Origin: an uncultured Actinomycetota bacterium
GTDB lineage: Bacteria; Actinomycetota; Actinomycetes; Prado026
Length of the DNA: 64,000 nucleotides
Direction of reading: 5' to 3'
Assembly (NCBI GenBank): GCA_963711005.1
Contig: CAVQCJ010000002.1
Location: forward strand, 1,166,963-1,230,962
A program made the translations under genes and the position numbers. Positions within the stretch are counted from its first letter, which is position 1. Every line of letters starts with the position of its first letter. The notes under the pieces are model-generated. The model was given only the letters and a program-made list of their open reading frames with translations, was not told where the DNA came from and did not search any database. This document shows positions 27,492 to 37,449 of this stretch, one piece after another.

Positions 27492-27836
27492 ATGAACTCC
27501 AGAACGCTGAACCCGAGCACCCTGCGACGGGCGGCAGCCGCCGGGCTGGCCGTTGCCGCGCTCCTCACCACGGCGGCCTGCTCGCGCCACGTCGGCGCCC
27601 CGCCGGCCGCGCCCCAGCGCGGCGCCTCCGTCACGGCCACGGCGGGTCCTGGGACCGGCTCCGTTCCGGTCACCGACGCGACTCCCGGCCAGCCGGCCGG
27701 CGCCGCGCAGACCGCCGCCGCCCAGGCCGCCTCGGCGCTGGGTACCGCCATCGACCGGGCGGGCGCAGCAGCGTCCGACCAGAGCAGCGACCTGTCCGCA
27801 AGCACGGGCAGCACAGAAGGAGACCCGACCCAGTGA
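27492..27836 (+). CDS. Small lipoprotein, hypothetical
   Basis: Lipobox LLTTAAC after a basic N-terminus, followed by a low-complexity Ala/Gly/Ser body. Confidence 0.55.
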   Translation: MNSRTLNPSTLRRAAAAGLAVAALLTTAACSRHVGAPPAAPQRGASVTATAGPGTGSVPVTDATPGQPAGAAQTAAAQAASALGTAIDRAGAAASDQSSDLSASTGSTEGDPTQ

Positions 27837-28567
27837 ACATCCGACGCCTCGTCCCCATGCTCGCCGTGGCCGGCACCGGCCTGGTGCTCGTCACGGGAGC
27901 CACCGCGCCAGCGTTCGCGGACACGGCCCCGAGTCCCGCGCCCAGCACCAGGACGTGCTCCGCCGACAGGCTGGCATACGTCCAGGCGCGTGTCGACGCC
28001 GCCGTCAAGGCGCGTGAGCTCACCATCGACTCGCTGACGCGCCGGCTGGCCGCCCGCACCCACGTGACCGACGCCCATCGAGCGACCCTCACCGCGACCT
28101 ACACCGCGGACGCGAGCGGCCTGCGCACCGTCGACGCGACCGTGCATGCCGACACCACCTGTGCCCAGGCGGTCGTCGACGGGCGCACGGTGGTGACCAG
28201 CTACCGGGTGTACCGCCTGCTGGTCCCGCAGACGCGCCTGGTGTCGGCCGCGGATACGGGCACGTACGCGGCCGGCCAGCTGGCTGCCGCCGAAGCGAAG
28301 GCACAAGCGGCGATCGACGCGCTCACCGACGCGCAGAAGAAGGCGACCGCCCAGGCCGAGCTGGACGACATGAAGGCGCACGTCGACGCCGCGACGACAG
28401 CACTGTCCGGTGTGGCGGACGGGATGCTGGCGTTGGTCCCGGCTGACATCCCGGCCAAGCAGCCGGTGATCGACGGCTACCGCGCGAGCGTCGCCTCGGC
28501 GCACGCCGACCTGGCCAAGGCGCTCGCCGACGCCAAGTCGCTGAAGGCGTTGCTCGGCAACGGCTGA
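27833..28567 (+). CDS. Secreted Ala-rich helical protein, hypothetical
   Basis: The GTG start overlaps the upstream stop (GTGA), with a GAAGGAG RBS at 27817-23. Signal peptide ...TAPAFA. Two Cys, and long predicted helices. Confidence 0.65.
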   Translation: MNIRRLVPMLAVAGTGLVLVTGATAPAFADTAPSPAPSTRTCSADRLAYVQARVDAAVKARELTIDSLTRRLAARTHVTDAHRATLTATYTADASGLRTVDATVHADTTCAQAVVDGRTVVTSYRVYRLLVPQTRLVSAADTGTYAAGQLAAAEAKAQAAIDALTDAQKKATAQAELDDMKAHVDAATTALSGVADGMLALVPADIPAKQPVIDGYRASVASAHADLAKALADAKSLKALLGNG

Positions 28568-28803
28568 GGCCGTACACGAGGCTCGGCACCGACGCCATCA
28601 GGTCGACGAGCGACACGAACAGCGACTTGAGCCGGTTCGGGACGTACTGGCTGATGTACAGAGCCGCGAGCGTACGAAGTGGCCCACGATGGGGACCGTG
28701 CCCTCGAACGTGCGGTCGGACGTGCCCGCCCGGGGTCGATCTCCCGCGGCACCTCCGGGCCCGGCGCAGGAGGCGGCGCGGAGGTGTCGATGACGACCGT
28801 CAT
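28560..28803 (-). pseudogene. pstC: Phosphate ABC permease PstC remnant (internal deletion, frameshifts, 3' truncation)
   Basis: Pieces in three frames: [29 protein letters not shown] / DRTFEGTVPIVGH / LYISQYVPNRLKSLFVSLVDLMASVPSLVYGL. Each resembles PstC N-terminal or EAA-upstream regions. The rest of the gene is absent. Confidence 0.5.
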
Positions 28804-29378
28804 CGGCTCTGCTCCCTCCAGCCAGCCCGCAGACCCTGCAAGGACACCCCGCCACGACGTGGTGCAGGCAGCACATCCAAGCCAGGCGTCGAGGTGGCGG
28901 AGTCCTGGTGAACGTCCGACCAACGCTGGTCATCGGAACCGCCAACCGGCCCGGCAACGCCACTGCGCAGGATCGACGGCCGCATGGTGCGCGAGCCCCA
29001 CGGCATCACGGTCAGCGCGTCCCGCACCGACGCGTGCGGAGCCTGCTCGACGAACCGCACGCACGCCTCCTCGCAGCGGGGCCGGCGGTCGAACGCGTGC
29101 CCGGACCCGACGACGTCGCGGCTGTCCGCGCGCAGCCGCCACCCCCAGTGGCTGTGGTCCACGCGCATGACGGCCGGGACGAGCGAGGGCAGCTCGAGCA
29201 GCGTCCTGGCCAGACCGGCGCGGCACAGGTCCACGTCCGGGTACGCCAAGCAGCTGCGCCCCAGCTCGCGGTTGTTGGCGCCGAGCAGCCGCCACCGGAC
29301 CCCACCCGACGAGGGCGACGAGTACAGGTGGAAGAACAGCCCGTGGTGGCGGTCCGGGAGGTCAGCCGAAGCGGCCAT
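28800..29378 (-). CDS. Hypothetical protein, possibly tandem YegP/DUF1508-like repeats in its first 130 aa
   Basis: Two similar units ([18 protein letters not shown]...CRAGL / [30 protein letters not shown]). The C-terminal third looks less protein-like, so the true stop is uncertain. Confidence 0.4.
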   Translation of the reverse strand: MAASADLPDRHHGLFFHLYSSPSSGGVRWRLLGANNRELGRSCLAYPDVDLCRAGLARTLLELPSLVPAVMRVDHSHWGWRLRADSRDVVGSGHAFDRRPRCEEACVRFVEQAPHASVRDALTVMPWGSRTMRPSILRSGVAGPVGGSDDQRWSDVHQDSATSTPGLDVLPAPRRGGVSLQGLRAGWREQSR

Positions 29379-29640
29379 GCACGTAGTCCGCGGTCCGGGG
29401 GTCGTGCGGGTTCTCGAAGATCTGCGCCGTGGCCCCCGACTCCACGATCCGCCCCGGCGTGCCCGCCTCGGACAGGAAGAACGCGCACTGCGAGGACACC
29501 CGCGCCGCCTGCTGCATGTTGTGCGTGACGATCACGATCGTCACCTGGTCGGCCAGCTCGCCGATCGTCTCCTCGATCCGGCGGGTGCTGTCGAGCACGG
29601 ACAGACCGGACACGGCGGTGCTCCTCGAGGGGGCGGCGGG
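29362..29640 (-). pseudogene. pstB: Phosphate ABC ATPase PstB C-terminal remnant
   Basis: ...[60 protein letters not shown] is the conserved PstB tail. Walker A, Q-loop and signature motif are missing. Confidence 0.7.
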
Positions 29641-29889
29641 TGCGCTCCTGCGACAGGAGCGGTGACCGGAACCTAGGGGCGCGCGTCAGCCCGCAGGTGA
29701 ACGGCGGGCATCGGGCCGGCGACCATCGGCGGTCGAAGCCGGTCCGTCGTCCACAGCCCCCACCCGAAACATACGGTCGGTGGGACGGCGGGTGGGGGAC
29801 GGGCCAGGGTCCGCCTCAGGGTGATCCCCGATCCGGCGGCGCCACCGGGCTGGCATGGTGTACGGCATGGATCTCACGACGGTGCACCC

Positions 29890-30846
29890 ATGATCGAGGT
29901 AGTCGGCCTGTCCAAGCGGTACGGCGACGTGCTGGCGGTCGACGACCTGTCCTTCTCGGTCGAGCCCGGTCGGGTGACCGGCTTCCTGGGCCCCAACGGC
30001 GCCGGCAAGTCGACGACGATGCGCGCCATCGTCGGGCTCGACCGCCCCAACGCCGGGACCGTCCGCATCGACGGTCACCGCTACTCCGACGACCGCGCCC
30101 CCCTGCAGCGCGTCGGCGCGCTGCTGGAGGCGAAGGCCGTGCACCCGGGCCGCAGCGCGTACAACCACCTGCTCTTCATGGCCCAGTCGAACGGCATCCC
30201 GCGCAAACGCGTGGGCGAGGTGCTCGCGCTGGTCGGGCTGGACAGCGTCGCGAAGAAGCGGACGAAGACGTACTCCCTCGGCATGGGCCAGCGCGTCGGC
30301 ATCGCCTGCGCCCTGCTCGGCGACCCCGGTGTGCTGCTGCTGGACGAGCCGGTCAACGGCCTGGACCCGGAGGGGATCATCTGGGTCCGCAACCTGCTCA
30401 AGGCGCTCGCCGCCGAGGGCCGCGCAGTGCTGGTGTCCAGCCACCTCATGGCCGAGATGGCGCTGACCGCCGACCACCTCGTCGTCATCGGCCGCGGCCG
30501 GCTGATCGCGGACACCACGGTCGCCGAGTTCGTCGAGCAGGCCGGGCAGCGGTCCGTGCTGGTGCGCACGCCGGACGGCACCGCCCTGCGCGCGGCGCTC
30601 GAGCAGCACGGCGCCGCCGTCACCGCGTCGGACGACGGAGGGCTGCTCGTCACCGGCCTGGAGGCGCCGGCCATCGGGCAGGCGGCCGCCGATACCGGCA
30701 CCGTGCTCCACGAGCTGACCCCGCAACGCGCCTCGCTCGAGGAGGCGTTCATGGAGCTGACCCGCGACAGCGTCGAGTACCACGCCGAGACCGCGCCGAC
30801 CACGCCCACCACGCCCGGTGGCGTGCCGTCCTACGAGGGAGCCTGA
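29890..30846 (+). CDS. ABC transporter ATP-binding protein (ABC-2 exporter type)
   Basis: GPNGAGKST, YSLGMGQRV, LLLDEP, SSHLM. Confidence 0.9.
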   Translation: MIEVVGLSKRYGDVLAVDDLSFSVEPGRVTGFLGPNGAGKSTTMRAIVGLDRPNAGTVRIDGHRYSDDRAPLQRVGALLEAKAVHPGRSAYNHLLFMAQSNGIPRKRVGEVLALVGLDSVAKKRTKTYSLGMGQRVGIACALLGDPGVLLLDEPVNGLDPEGIIWVRNLLKALAAEGRAVLVSSHLMAEMALTADHLVVIGRGRLIADTTVAEFVEQAGQRSVLVRTPDGTALRAALEQHGAAVTASDDGGLLVTGLEAPAIGQAAADTGTVLHELTPQRASLEEAFMELTRDSVEYHAETAPTTPTTPGGVPSYEGA

Positions 30847-30847
30847 C

Positions 30848-31672
30848 ATGTCGGCCACCACCGCGTCCCCGGCAGCCGCACCCGTCCGCGCGCACAAGGT
30901 CGGCCCGACCGGCCAGTTCGCCCGCGTGCTCACGTCCGAGTGGACCAAGCTGCGCACGGTGCGTTCCACCGTGTGGACGCTGGTGTTCACGCTGCTGGTC
31001 TGCATCGGCCTGCCGGTGCTGATCTCGACCGCGATCATCAACCAGCCCGCGGGCGACTTCAACCGGTCAGACGCCGCCGGCTTCAGCCTCTTCGGGGTCT
31101 TCCTCGGTCAGCTGATCGTCGGCTCGCTCGGCGTGCTCGTCATGAGCGCCGAGTACTCGACGGGCACGATCAGGGCGACCCTGTCGGCCACCCCGCAACG
31201 GTTGCTGATGCTCGTCGCGAAGACCCTGACGTTCGCGGTCATCATCGCCGTCGTCTCGTTCGTGACCACGTTCGTGGCGTTCTTCTCGGTGCAGGCCATC
31301 CTGAACACCCATGACCTCGGGGTCACCCTCGGCGAGGGCTCCTCGCTGCGGATGGTGATCGGCGGCGCGCTGTACCTGACCATCGTCGGGCTGCTCGGGC
31401 TCGGCATCGGCACGATCCTGCGGCACAGCGCTGCCGGGATCAGCACGGTCCTCGGCCTGCTGTTCGTCCTGCCAATCCTGGCGAGCTTCCTGCCGCACAG
31501 CTGGCAGGAGCACATCGTCAAGTACCTGCCGGGACAGGCGGGACAGGCGATCTTCCAGGACCACCCGGACCCGGTGACGCTCGCGCCCTGGACCGGGCTC
31601 GCCGTGTTCGCCGGGTACGCGCTGCTCGCGCTGGTCATCGGCGGGGTGCTGCTGCGCCGTCGCGACGCCTGA
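30848..31672 (+). CDS. ABC-2 family transporter permease
   Basis: Starts 1 nt after the ATPase stop. EWTKLRTVRST motif and 6 hydrophobic segments. Confidence 0.85.
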   Translation: MSATTASPAAAPVRAHKVGPTGQFARVLTSEWTKLRTVRSTVWTLVFTLLVCIGLPVLISTAIINQPAGDFNRSDAAGFSLFGVFLGQLIVGSLGVLVMSAEYSTGTIRATLSATPQRLLMLVAKTLTFAVIIAVVSFVTTFVAFFSVQAILNTHDLGVTLGEGSSLRMVIGGALYLTIVGLLGLGIGTILRHSAAGISTVLGLLFVLPILASFLPHSWQEHIVKYLPGQAGQAIFQDHPDPVTLAPWTGLAVFAGYALLALVIGGVLLRRRDA

Positions 31673-31728
31673 CCCTGCTCCGGACGCCGGTTCTACGGAC
31701 GGCGGTCTGGCCGGCCGATACCTCTGGC

Positions 31729-32547
31729 ATGGCCGCCGCCCGTCCGCTCGGTCGCACGGGCGCGCTCGTCATCGTCACCGTGGCCTCGGTCGCACTGGCG
31801 GCCTGCGGCCGCGGGCCGGCGCCGGGCAGCGCTGCCCGCGACCCGGTCGTGCCGTCCGTCCCGTCCGGAGTGGTGAGCGGGCCGGCCGTGCCGACGGCGG
31901 GCGCGTCGCTGCCGTCCGGACTGCCCAGCGACCCGGGGGCAGCCGACCCGGTCACCCCGCTGCCGGCCGGCAGCACCCTTTCGCCGGAGGCGGCCGCAGG
32001 AGACCTGGACACGGTGATCCTCGCCGCTGGGGTCCGCCAGCACCTGCGGTGCGCCGGCACCGGCGCGCCGACTGTGGTCGTCGTCCCCGGGCTCGGGGTC
32101 GCCGCTGCAGACTGGTCGGCACCCGTCGACACGCTCGCGCAGCGCACCCGGACCTGCGTCTACGAGCGGCCCGGGCTCGGCCTGTCACCCGCACGGACCA
32201 GCCCGCTCCAGGTGGTCGACGCCGGGGTCAACGCCCGGGAGCTGGCGACGCTGCTGTCCGTCGCCGGGCAACAGGGCCCCTTCACCCTCGTCGGCCAGGG
32301 CTACGGAGCCCTGGTCGCCCGGGCGTTCACCCGCCTCTACCCCGCGAGCGTGCGGTCGCTGGTCCTGGCCGGGACGGCGCCGGCCCGGACCGCCACGCAG
32401 GTGTTCTGGACCGAGGCGGGCCACCGCGTCGACATCGCGGCGAGCCTGCGCACGGCGGGCCGGACGCCGACCGGTACCGCATCGCTCGACGTCGTGGTGC
32501 TGCGCACCGACGACCCGGCTTCGGTGACCGCCGCCGTGCCGACCTGA
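31729..32547 (+). CDS. Alpha/beta-hydrolase-fold lipoprotein lacking the nucleophile serine
   Basis: Lipobox VALAAC. The fold signature VVVVPGLG... and nucleophile-elbow context FTLVGQGYGALVARAF has Gly where GxSxG would have Ser. Confidence 0.7.
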   Translation: MAAARPLGRTGALVIVTVASVALAACGRGPAPGSAARDPVVPSVPSGVVSGPAVPTAGASLPSGLPSDPGAADPVTPLPAGSTLSPEAAAGDLDTVILAAGVRQHLRCAGTGAPTVVVVPGLGVAAADWSAPVDTLAQRTRTCVYERPGLGLSPARTSPLQVVDAGVNARELATLLSVAGQQGPFTLVGQGYGALVARAFTRLYPASVRSLVLAGTAPARTATQVFWTEAGHRVDIAASLRTAGRTPTGTASLDVVVLRTDDPASVTAAVPT

Positions 32548-32556
32548 CCGGCCCGG

Positions 32557-34050
32557 TCACCCGGCGGGGACCGATGTCCTGGCGGCCAGGGCGTCGACGT
32601 CGAGCTCGTGCACCTGGCGCGGGATCACCAGCACCGCGGCGGCCAGGAGCAGCGCCACCACGATGAGCCCGAGGAACACATCGTGCGTCGCGTCGAAGAC
32701 CGCGGCCGGCGACAGGTGCCCGCCCTCGCCGGCGGCCGGCGGCGCGGTCCCGGAGCTGGCCGCGTACGCCGCGTTCGCGATCGCTCCGAAGACGGCGACC
32801 CCGACGGCGCTCCCCATCGAGCGGCTGAACATGTTCGTCGCGGTCACCACGCCGCGGTGCCGCCAGCCCACCACCGACTGCACGGCGACCAGCGACGGGA
32901 CGTTCGTGAGGCCGAGCCCGACGCCGACGACGAAGCACGCCGCGGCCACCTCCCACACGAACGAGGTCGGGTGCAGAAGGGCGCACAGCACCGTCCCGGC
33001 CAGCACGACCGCGGAGCCGATGAGTGCGGTGTCGCGGAAGCCCAGCCTGATGTAGACGCGGCCGGCGCAGGCGGCCGCGATCGGCCATCCGATGGTCAGC
33101 GCGGCCAGGGCGAGACCGGCCACCAGCGCACCCGTGCCGAGCACCTCCTGGACGTACGTCGGGACGTACGAGCTCAGCACGATCAGCAGCGCGCCCACGC
33201 CCGCGGCGGTCAGGTTGCCGCCGACCAGCACCCGGGGGCGGAACACCCACAGGGGCAGGACGGGTTCGGTCGCCCGCCTCTCCACCAGCACGAACCCGAC
33301 GAGCAGCACGGAGCCGACGCCGAACACCGTTGCGCTCGGCCAGGAGGTCCAGCTCCAGGACACCCCGCCCTCCAGCAGGCCGAGGATGACCAGCGAGCAG
33401 CCGGCGGTGAGCGTGACCGCTCCGGCGACGTCGATCGCGTGCCGGGTGCGGGTCACCTGCTCGGAGAAGTGGCGGGCCAGCATCCAGACCGCGAGCGCGC
33501 CGATCGGCAGGTTCACGAAGAAGATCCAGCGCCAGGTCAGGTACTGGGCGAAGAGCCCGCCCAGCGTCGGCCCGACCACGGACGAGATGCCCCAGACGCT
33601 CGCGATGTACCCCTGCACCTTGGCTCGCTCGGCGACGCTGTACTGGTCGCCGACGATCGTCGTCGTCATCGGCAGGACCGCGCCGGCGCCGATGCCCTGC
33701 AGCCCGCGGAACACGATCAGCGTCGGCATGCTCCAGGCGACGCCGCACAGCACCGAGCCGAGCAGGAAGACGCCGATCCCGAAGAAGAGCACCGGCCGCC
33801 GACCCCGCAGGTCGGCGAACTTGCCGTACAGCGGCACGGTGACGGCCTGGGTGAGCAGGTAGATCGAGAACAGCCACGGGAACTGGTTGAAGCCACCCAG
33901 CTGGCGGACGATGGACGGCACCGCGGTCGCGATGATCGTGCTGTCCAGGGCGACCAGCGCCACCGACAGCATGAGAGCGATCAGGACCGGACCGCGGCCC
34001 GAGCGCAGCCCGACACCCGCCGTAGTCGCCCGGGTGGGTGTCGAAGTCAC
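32557..34050 (-). CDS. MFS transporter, DHA2 (EmrB/QacA, 14-TMS) type
   Basis: 497 aa. LDSTIIATAVPSI, GKFADLRGRRP, about 14 hydrophobic segments. Confidence 0.9.
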   Translation of the reverse strand: MTSTPTRATTAGVGLRSGRGPVLIALMLSVALVALDSTIIATAVPSIVRQLGGFNQFPWLFSIYLLTQAVTVPLYGKFADLRGRRPVLFFGIGVFLLGSVLCGVAWSMPTLIVFRGLQGIGAGAVLPMTTTIVGDQYSVAERAKVQGYIASVWGISSVVGPTLGGLFAQYLTWRWIFFVNLPIGALAVWMLARHFSEQVTRTRHAIDVAGAVTLTAGCSLVILGLLEGGVSWSWTSWPSATVFGVGSVLLVGFVLVERRATEPVLPLWVFRPRVLVGGNLTAAGVGALLIVLSSYVPTYVQEVLGTGALVAGLALAALTIGWPIAAACAGRVYIRLGFRDTALIGSAVVLAGTVLCALLHPTSFVWEVAAACFVVGVGLGLTNVPSLVAVQSVVGWRHRGVVTATNMFSRSMGSAVGVAVFGAIANAAYAASSGTAPPAAGEGGHLSPAAVFDATHDVFLGLIVVALLLAAAVLVIPRQVHELDVDALAARTSVPAG

Positions 34051-34101
34051 CCCTCCATCCTGCCCCGCCTGCTGACAGCATGCTTTCGGGAGGGGGTCGT
34101 C

Positions 34102-36132
34102 ATGAACCTCGCAGTCCGCCGGCTGGTGCTGGCGCCGGCCGTGGCCGGGCTGGTCGCGGCAGGGCTGGCCGTGCTCGGCGCCCCGACCACGACCGCTTCA
34201 GCCGCCGACGGCCTTCGGGTCGGGGCCGCCGCCCTGCACAGCTGCGACCTCGGCGTCGCCCCGGCTGCGGCCTGGTGCGGCAGCGTCCGGGTGCCGCTCG
34301 ACTACGCCGACACCACCAGCGGGACCATCACCGTCGGGTTCGGCTGGGTGCCCGCCGCCGGGCGCTCGGTGGGGACCGTCGCCGCGATGGAGGGCGGGCC
34401 CGGCTACCCGTCCACCGGCACCACCCCGGACTTCCTCGCGATGCTCGGGCCGCTGCACGCCGACCACGACCTGCTCGTGGTGGACGCGCGCGGGACCGGG
34501 CGGTCGACGCTGCTCGACTGCGCGCCGCTCCAGTCGTACACGGGGAGCACGGCGACCGACCACTTCCGCTCGCTGGTGCGCGCGTGCGCCGACCAGCTGG
34601 ACCACACATGGCGGCACACCGACGGGACCTGGGTGCACGCGGCGGACCTGTTCGGCACCGCGAACATCGCGCGCGACCTCGCCGGCGTGATCGGACGCCT
34701 CGGGCTGGGACGCGTCGACCTGTACGGCGACTCGTACGGGAGCTGGTTCGCGCAGGTGTTCAGCGCGCGCTACCCGGTGCTGCTGCGCTCGGTGACGCTC
34801 GACTCGTCGTACGAGGTGCGCGACCTCGACCCGTGGTACCTCACATCGGTCCAGACCGCACGCACCGCGTTCGACGCCGCGTGCGCGCGGAGCGTGGACT
34901 GTACCGCCCAGGCCCCGGGGTCGGTGTGGGACCGGATCGGCGGGCTCGCGACGTACCTGCGCGCGCACCCGGTTTCCGGGTGGACGACCGGGACCGACGC
35001 GGCACCGGAGCACGTCACGGTCGACATCCGCGCGCTCGTCGACCTGGTCAACGACGCCGGCTACGACTACGCGCAGTACCGCACGCTGGACGCAGCCGGC
35101 CGGGCCCTGCTCGAGCACGGCGACGCGAAGCCACTGCTGCGCCAGTGGGCCCAGGACCTCGGCTGGGACGACGGCGACTACTACGGCCCGGTCGACGTCT
35201 ACACCGACGGGATCTACTACGCGGTCGCGTGCACCGACTACCCGCAGCTGTTCGACATGCACTCCACACCGGCCATCCGCCGCACCCAGCTGGCCGCGGC
35301 GGTCGCCGCGCTGCCGGCAGGCACGTTCGCCCCGTTCAGCACCGCGGAGTGGCTGCAGGTGAACCAGTACACCGAGGCGTACACAGCCTGTCTGGACTGG
35401 CCCTCCCCGGTGCACGACGACCCGCCGCTGCCGTCAGCCACTGCACCGCTCGACCCGGGCGGCGTACCGGTGCTGCTGCTGAACGGCGACCTGGACTCGT
35501 TGACGCCGGCGACGGGCGGGGCGCACGTCGCCGCGCAGATCGGACCGGCCGCGCGTGCTGTCGTGGCGCCCAACATGGTCCACCTGGTGGCGCTCGACGA
35601 CCGGTACGGGTGCGGCTCTTCGATCTACCGGCAGTTCGTGGCCCGGCCGGAGCGGTTGCGGTCCCTGGACGTCTCCTGCCTGCCGTCGATCCCCGAGGTG
35701 CACGTCGTCGGCTCGTACGCCTCGACCGTTCAGCAGGTGTTCCCGGCGGGCCCGGCGACGGCGGGCGGTACCGCGCGGGAGCGACGGCTGGCGGCAGTCG
35801 CGGTCGCGGCCGCCGGGGACGCGGCGTTCCGCTACACGTATGTCGACGCGTACGCCGACCGCGGGATGCGCGGCGGCAGCACCGGCTACCGACCGGGTCC
35901 GCAGGGCGTGTGGATCAGGGCCACCCTGCGGCACTACCGGTGGGTGGGCGACGCAACTGTCGACGGCATCGTCAGCGTCCGCTCCGACGGGCTGGCCGCG
36001 CACGGCACCCTGACCGTGGCCGACGGCGCGGGCCAGCCGGTCGTCGTCGTGCTGACGTGGACCACCACCGGCCCGCACGCGACCGCGACGGCTCGGGTCG
36101 GAGCCGTGACGTTCACGCTGCCGGCGCCGTGA
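34102..36132 (+). CDS. Secreted alpha/beta hydrolase, tripeptidyl-aminopeptidase (TAP)-like
   Basis: Signal peptide ...TTASA, GGPGYPS, DARGTGRS, nucleophile LYGDSYGS, and a C-terminal TAP-like region (LLLNGDLDSLTP). GGGAGGGGG RBS. Confidence 0.85.
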   Translation: MNLAVRRLVLAPAVAGLVAAGLAVLGAPTTTASAADGLRVGAAALHSCDLGVAPAAAWCGSVRVPLDYADTTSGTITVGFGWVPAAGRSVGTVAAMEGGPGYPSTGTTPDFLAMLGPLHADHDLLVVDARGTGRSTLLDCAPLQSYTGSTATDHFRSLVRACADQLDHTWRHTDGTWVHAADLFGTANIARDLAGVIGRLGLGRVDLYGDSYGSWFAQVFSARYPVLLRSVTLDSSYEVRDLDPWYLTSVQTARTAFDAACARSVDCTAQAPGSVWDRIGGLATYLRAHPVSGWTTGTDAAPEHVTVDIRALVDLVNDAGYDYAQYRTLDAAGRALLEHGDAKPLLRQWAQDLGWDDGDYYGPVDVYTDGIYYAVACTDYPQLFDMHSTPAIRRTQLAAAVAALPAGTFAPFSTAEWLQVNQYTEAYTACLDWPSPVHDDPPLPSATAPLDPGGVPVLLLNGDLDSLTPATGGAHVAAQIGPAARAVVAPNMVHLVALDDRYGCGSSIYRQFVARPERLRSLDVSCLPSIPEVHVVGSYASTVQQVFPAGPATAGGTARERRLAAVAVAAAGDAAFRYTYVDAYADRGMRGGSTGYRPGPQGVWIRATLRHYRWVGDATVDGIVSVRSDGLAAHGTLTVADGAGQPVVVVLTWTTTGPHATATARVGAVTFTLPAP

Positions 36133-36142
36133 CCGCCCAACG

Positions 36143-37402
36143 ATGACCAACTGGGCCGGCAACGTCGCCTTCGGCGCGGCCGAGGTGCGCCGGCCCGCCA
36201 CCGTGGCTCAGGTGCGCGAGCTCGTGACGTCGCGCCGGCACGTCCGGGTGCTCGGCGCCGGCCACTCGTTCAGCTCGCTCGCGGACACCGACGGTCTGCA
36301 GCTCTCGATGGCCGGCCTGCCACCACTCGTCGAGATCGACACCGCACGCCGGCGGGCCCGGGTCGCGGCCGGGCTCCGCTACGGCGACATCGTCGAGCCG
36401 CTCGACGCGGCCGGGTTGGCGCTGCCGAACCTGGCCTCGCTCCCGCACCTGTCGGTGGCCGGCGCGGTGGCCACCGGCACGCACGGCTCCGGTCCCGGCA
36501 ACCAGAACCTCGCGGCCGCGGTCTCCGGTCTCGAGCTGGTCACCGGGGACGGCGACCTGGTCGAGCTCCGCCGCGGTGGACCGGGCTTCGACGGCGCCGT
36601 CGTGTCGCTCGGCTGCGTCGGCGCCGTCGTGTTCGTGACGCTCGACCTCGTGCCGAGTTTCGTCGTCCGCCAGGTGGTCTACGAGCAGGTGCCGCGCGCA
36701 GCCGTGGTGGCCGACCTGGCGGGCGTGCTCGGGCGGGCGTACAGCGTCAGCGTGTTCACCCGCTGGGACGCCGCGGCCGCAGACCAGGTCTGGGTCAAGG
36801 CGCGGGTCGGGTCGGACGTCGCCGACGCCGAGGCGTTCCCGGCGCAGTGGCTCGGCGGCCGGCTCGCGGACCGGCCGGTGCACATGATCGCCGGCGCGCC
36901 CGCCGAGCGCTGCACCGAGCAGCTCGGCGTCCCCGGACCGTGGTACGACCGGCTGCCGCACTTCCGCCTCGACCACACGCCGAGCAGCGGCGACGAGCTG
37001 CAGACGGAGTACCTCCTCCCGGTGGCGCGCGGGGTCGAAGCGGTCGAGGCGGTCGAGGCGATGGCGCGGGCCGGACCGCTGCTGTCGTCCGTGCTGCAGG
37101 TGTCGGAGATCCGGACGGTCGCCGCCGACGAGCTGTGGCTCAGCCCGGCGTACCGGCAGGACTCGCTCGCCCTCCACTTCACCTGGGTCCGCGATGTCGC
37201 GCGGGTGCTGCCGGCGGTGCGCGCCGTCGAGGCGGCGCTGCTGCCGCTCGGCGCCCGGCCGCACTGGGGCAAGGTCTACGCCGCCGACCCCGCCGCCGTC
37301 GCAGCCCGCTACGAGCGGCTGCCCGACTTCGTCGCACTCGCGCAGTCCTTGGACCCCGCCGGCCGCTTCCGCAACGACTCCCTCTTCGAAACCTACGGTT
37401 GA
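36143..37402 (+). CDS. FAD-linked sugar-alcohol / aldonolactone oxidase family protein
   Basis: TNWAGNVAF, VLGAGHSFS, GTHGSG, HWGK near the C-terminus. Confidence 0.85.
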   Translation: MTNWAGNVAFGAAEVRRPATVAQVRELVTSRRHVRVLGAGHSFSSLADTDGLQLSMAGLPPLVEIDTARRRARVAAGLRYGDIVEPLDAAGLALPNLASLPHLSVAGAVATGTHGSGPGNQNLAAAVSGLELVTGDGDLVELRRGGPGFDGAVVSLGCVGAVVFVTLDLVPSFVVRQVVYEQVPRAAVVADLAGVLGRAYSVSVFTRWDAAAADQVWVKARVGSDVADAEAFPAQWLGGRLADRPVHMIAGAPAERCTEQLGVPGPWYDRLPHFRLDHTPSSGDELQTEYLLPVARGVEAVEAVEAMARAGPLLSSVLQVSEIRTVAADELWLSPAYRQDSLALHFTWVRDVARVLPAVRAVEAALLPLGARPHWGKVYAADPAAVAARYERLPDFVALAQSLDPAGRFRNDSLFETYG

Positions 37403-37442
37403 GTACGCCGGTCCCGCTGCCCTACTGAACCGTAGGTTTCGA
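37386..37442. terminator. Perfect 15-bp inverted repeat between convergent genes
   Basis: tcgaaacctacggtt (37386-400) pairs with aaccgtaggtttcga (37428-42), with a 27-nt loop. The left arm covers the last codons of the oxidase. Confidence 0.45.
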
Positions 37443-37449
37443 CGGGGGG

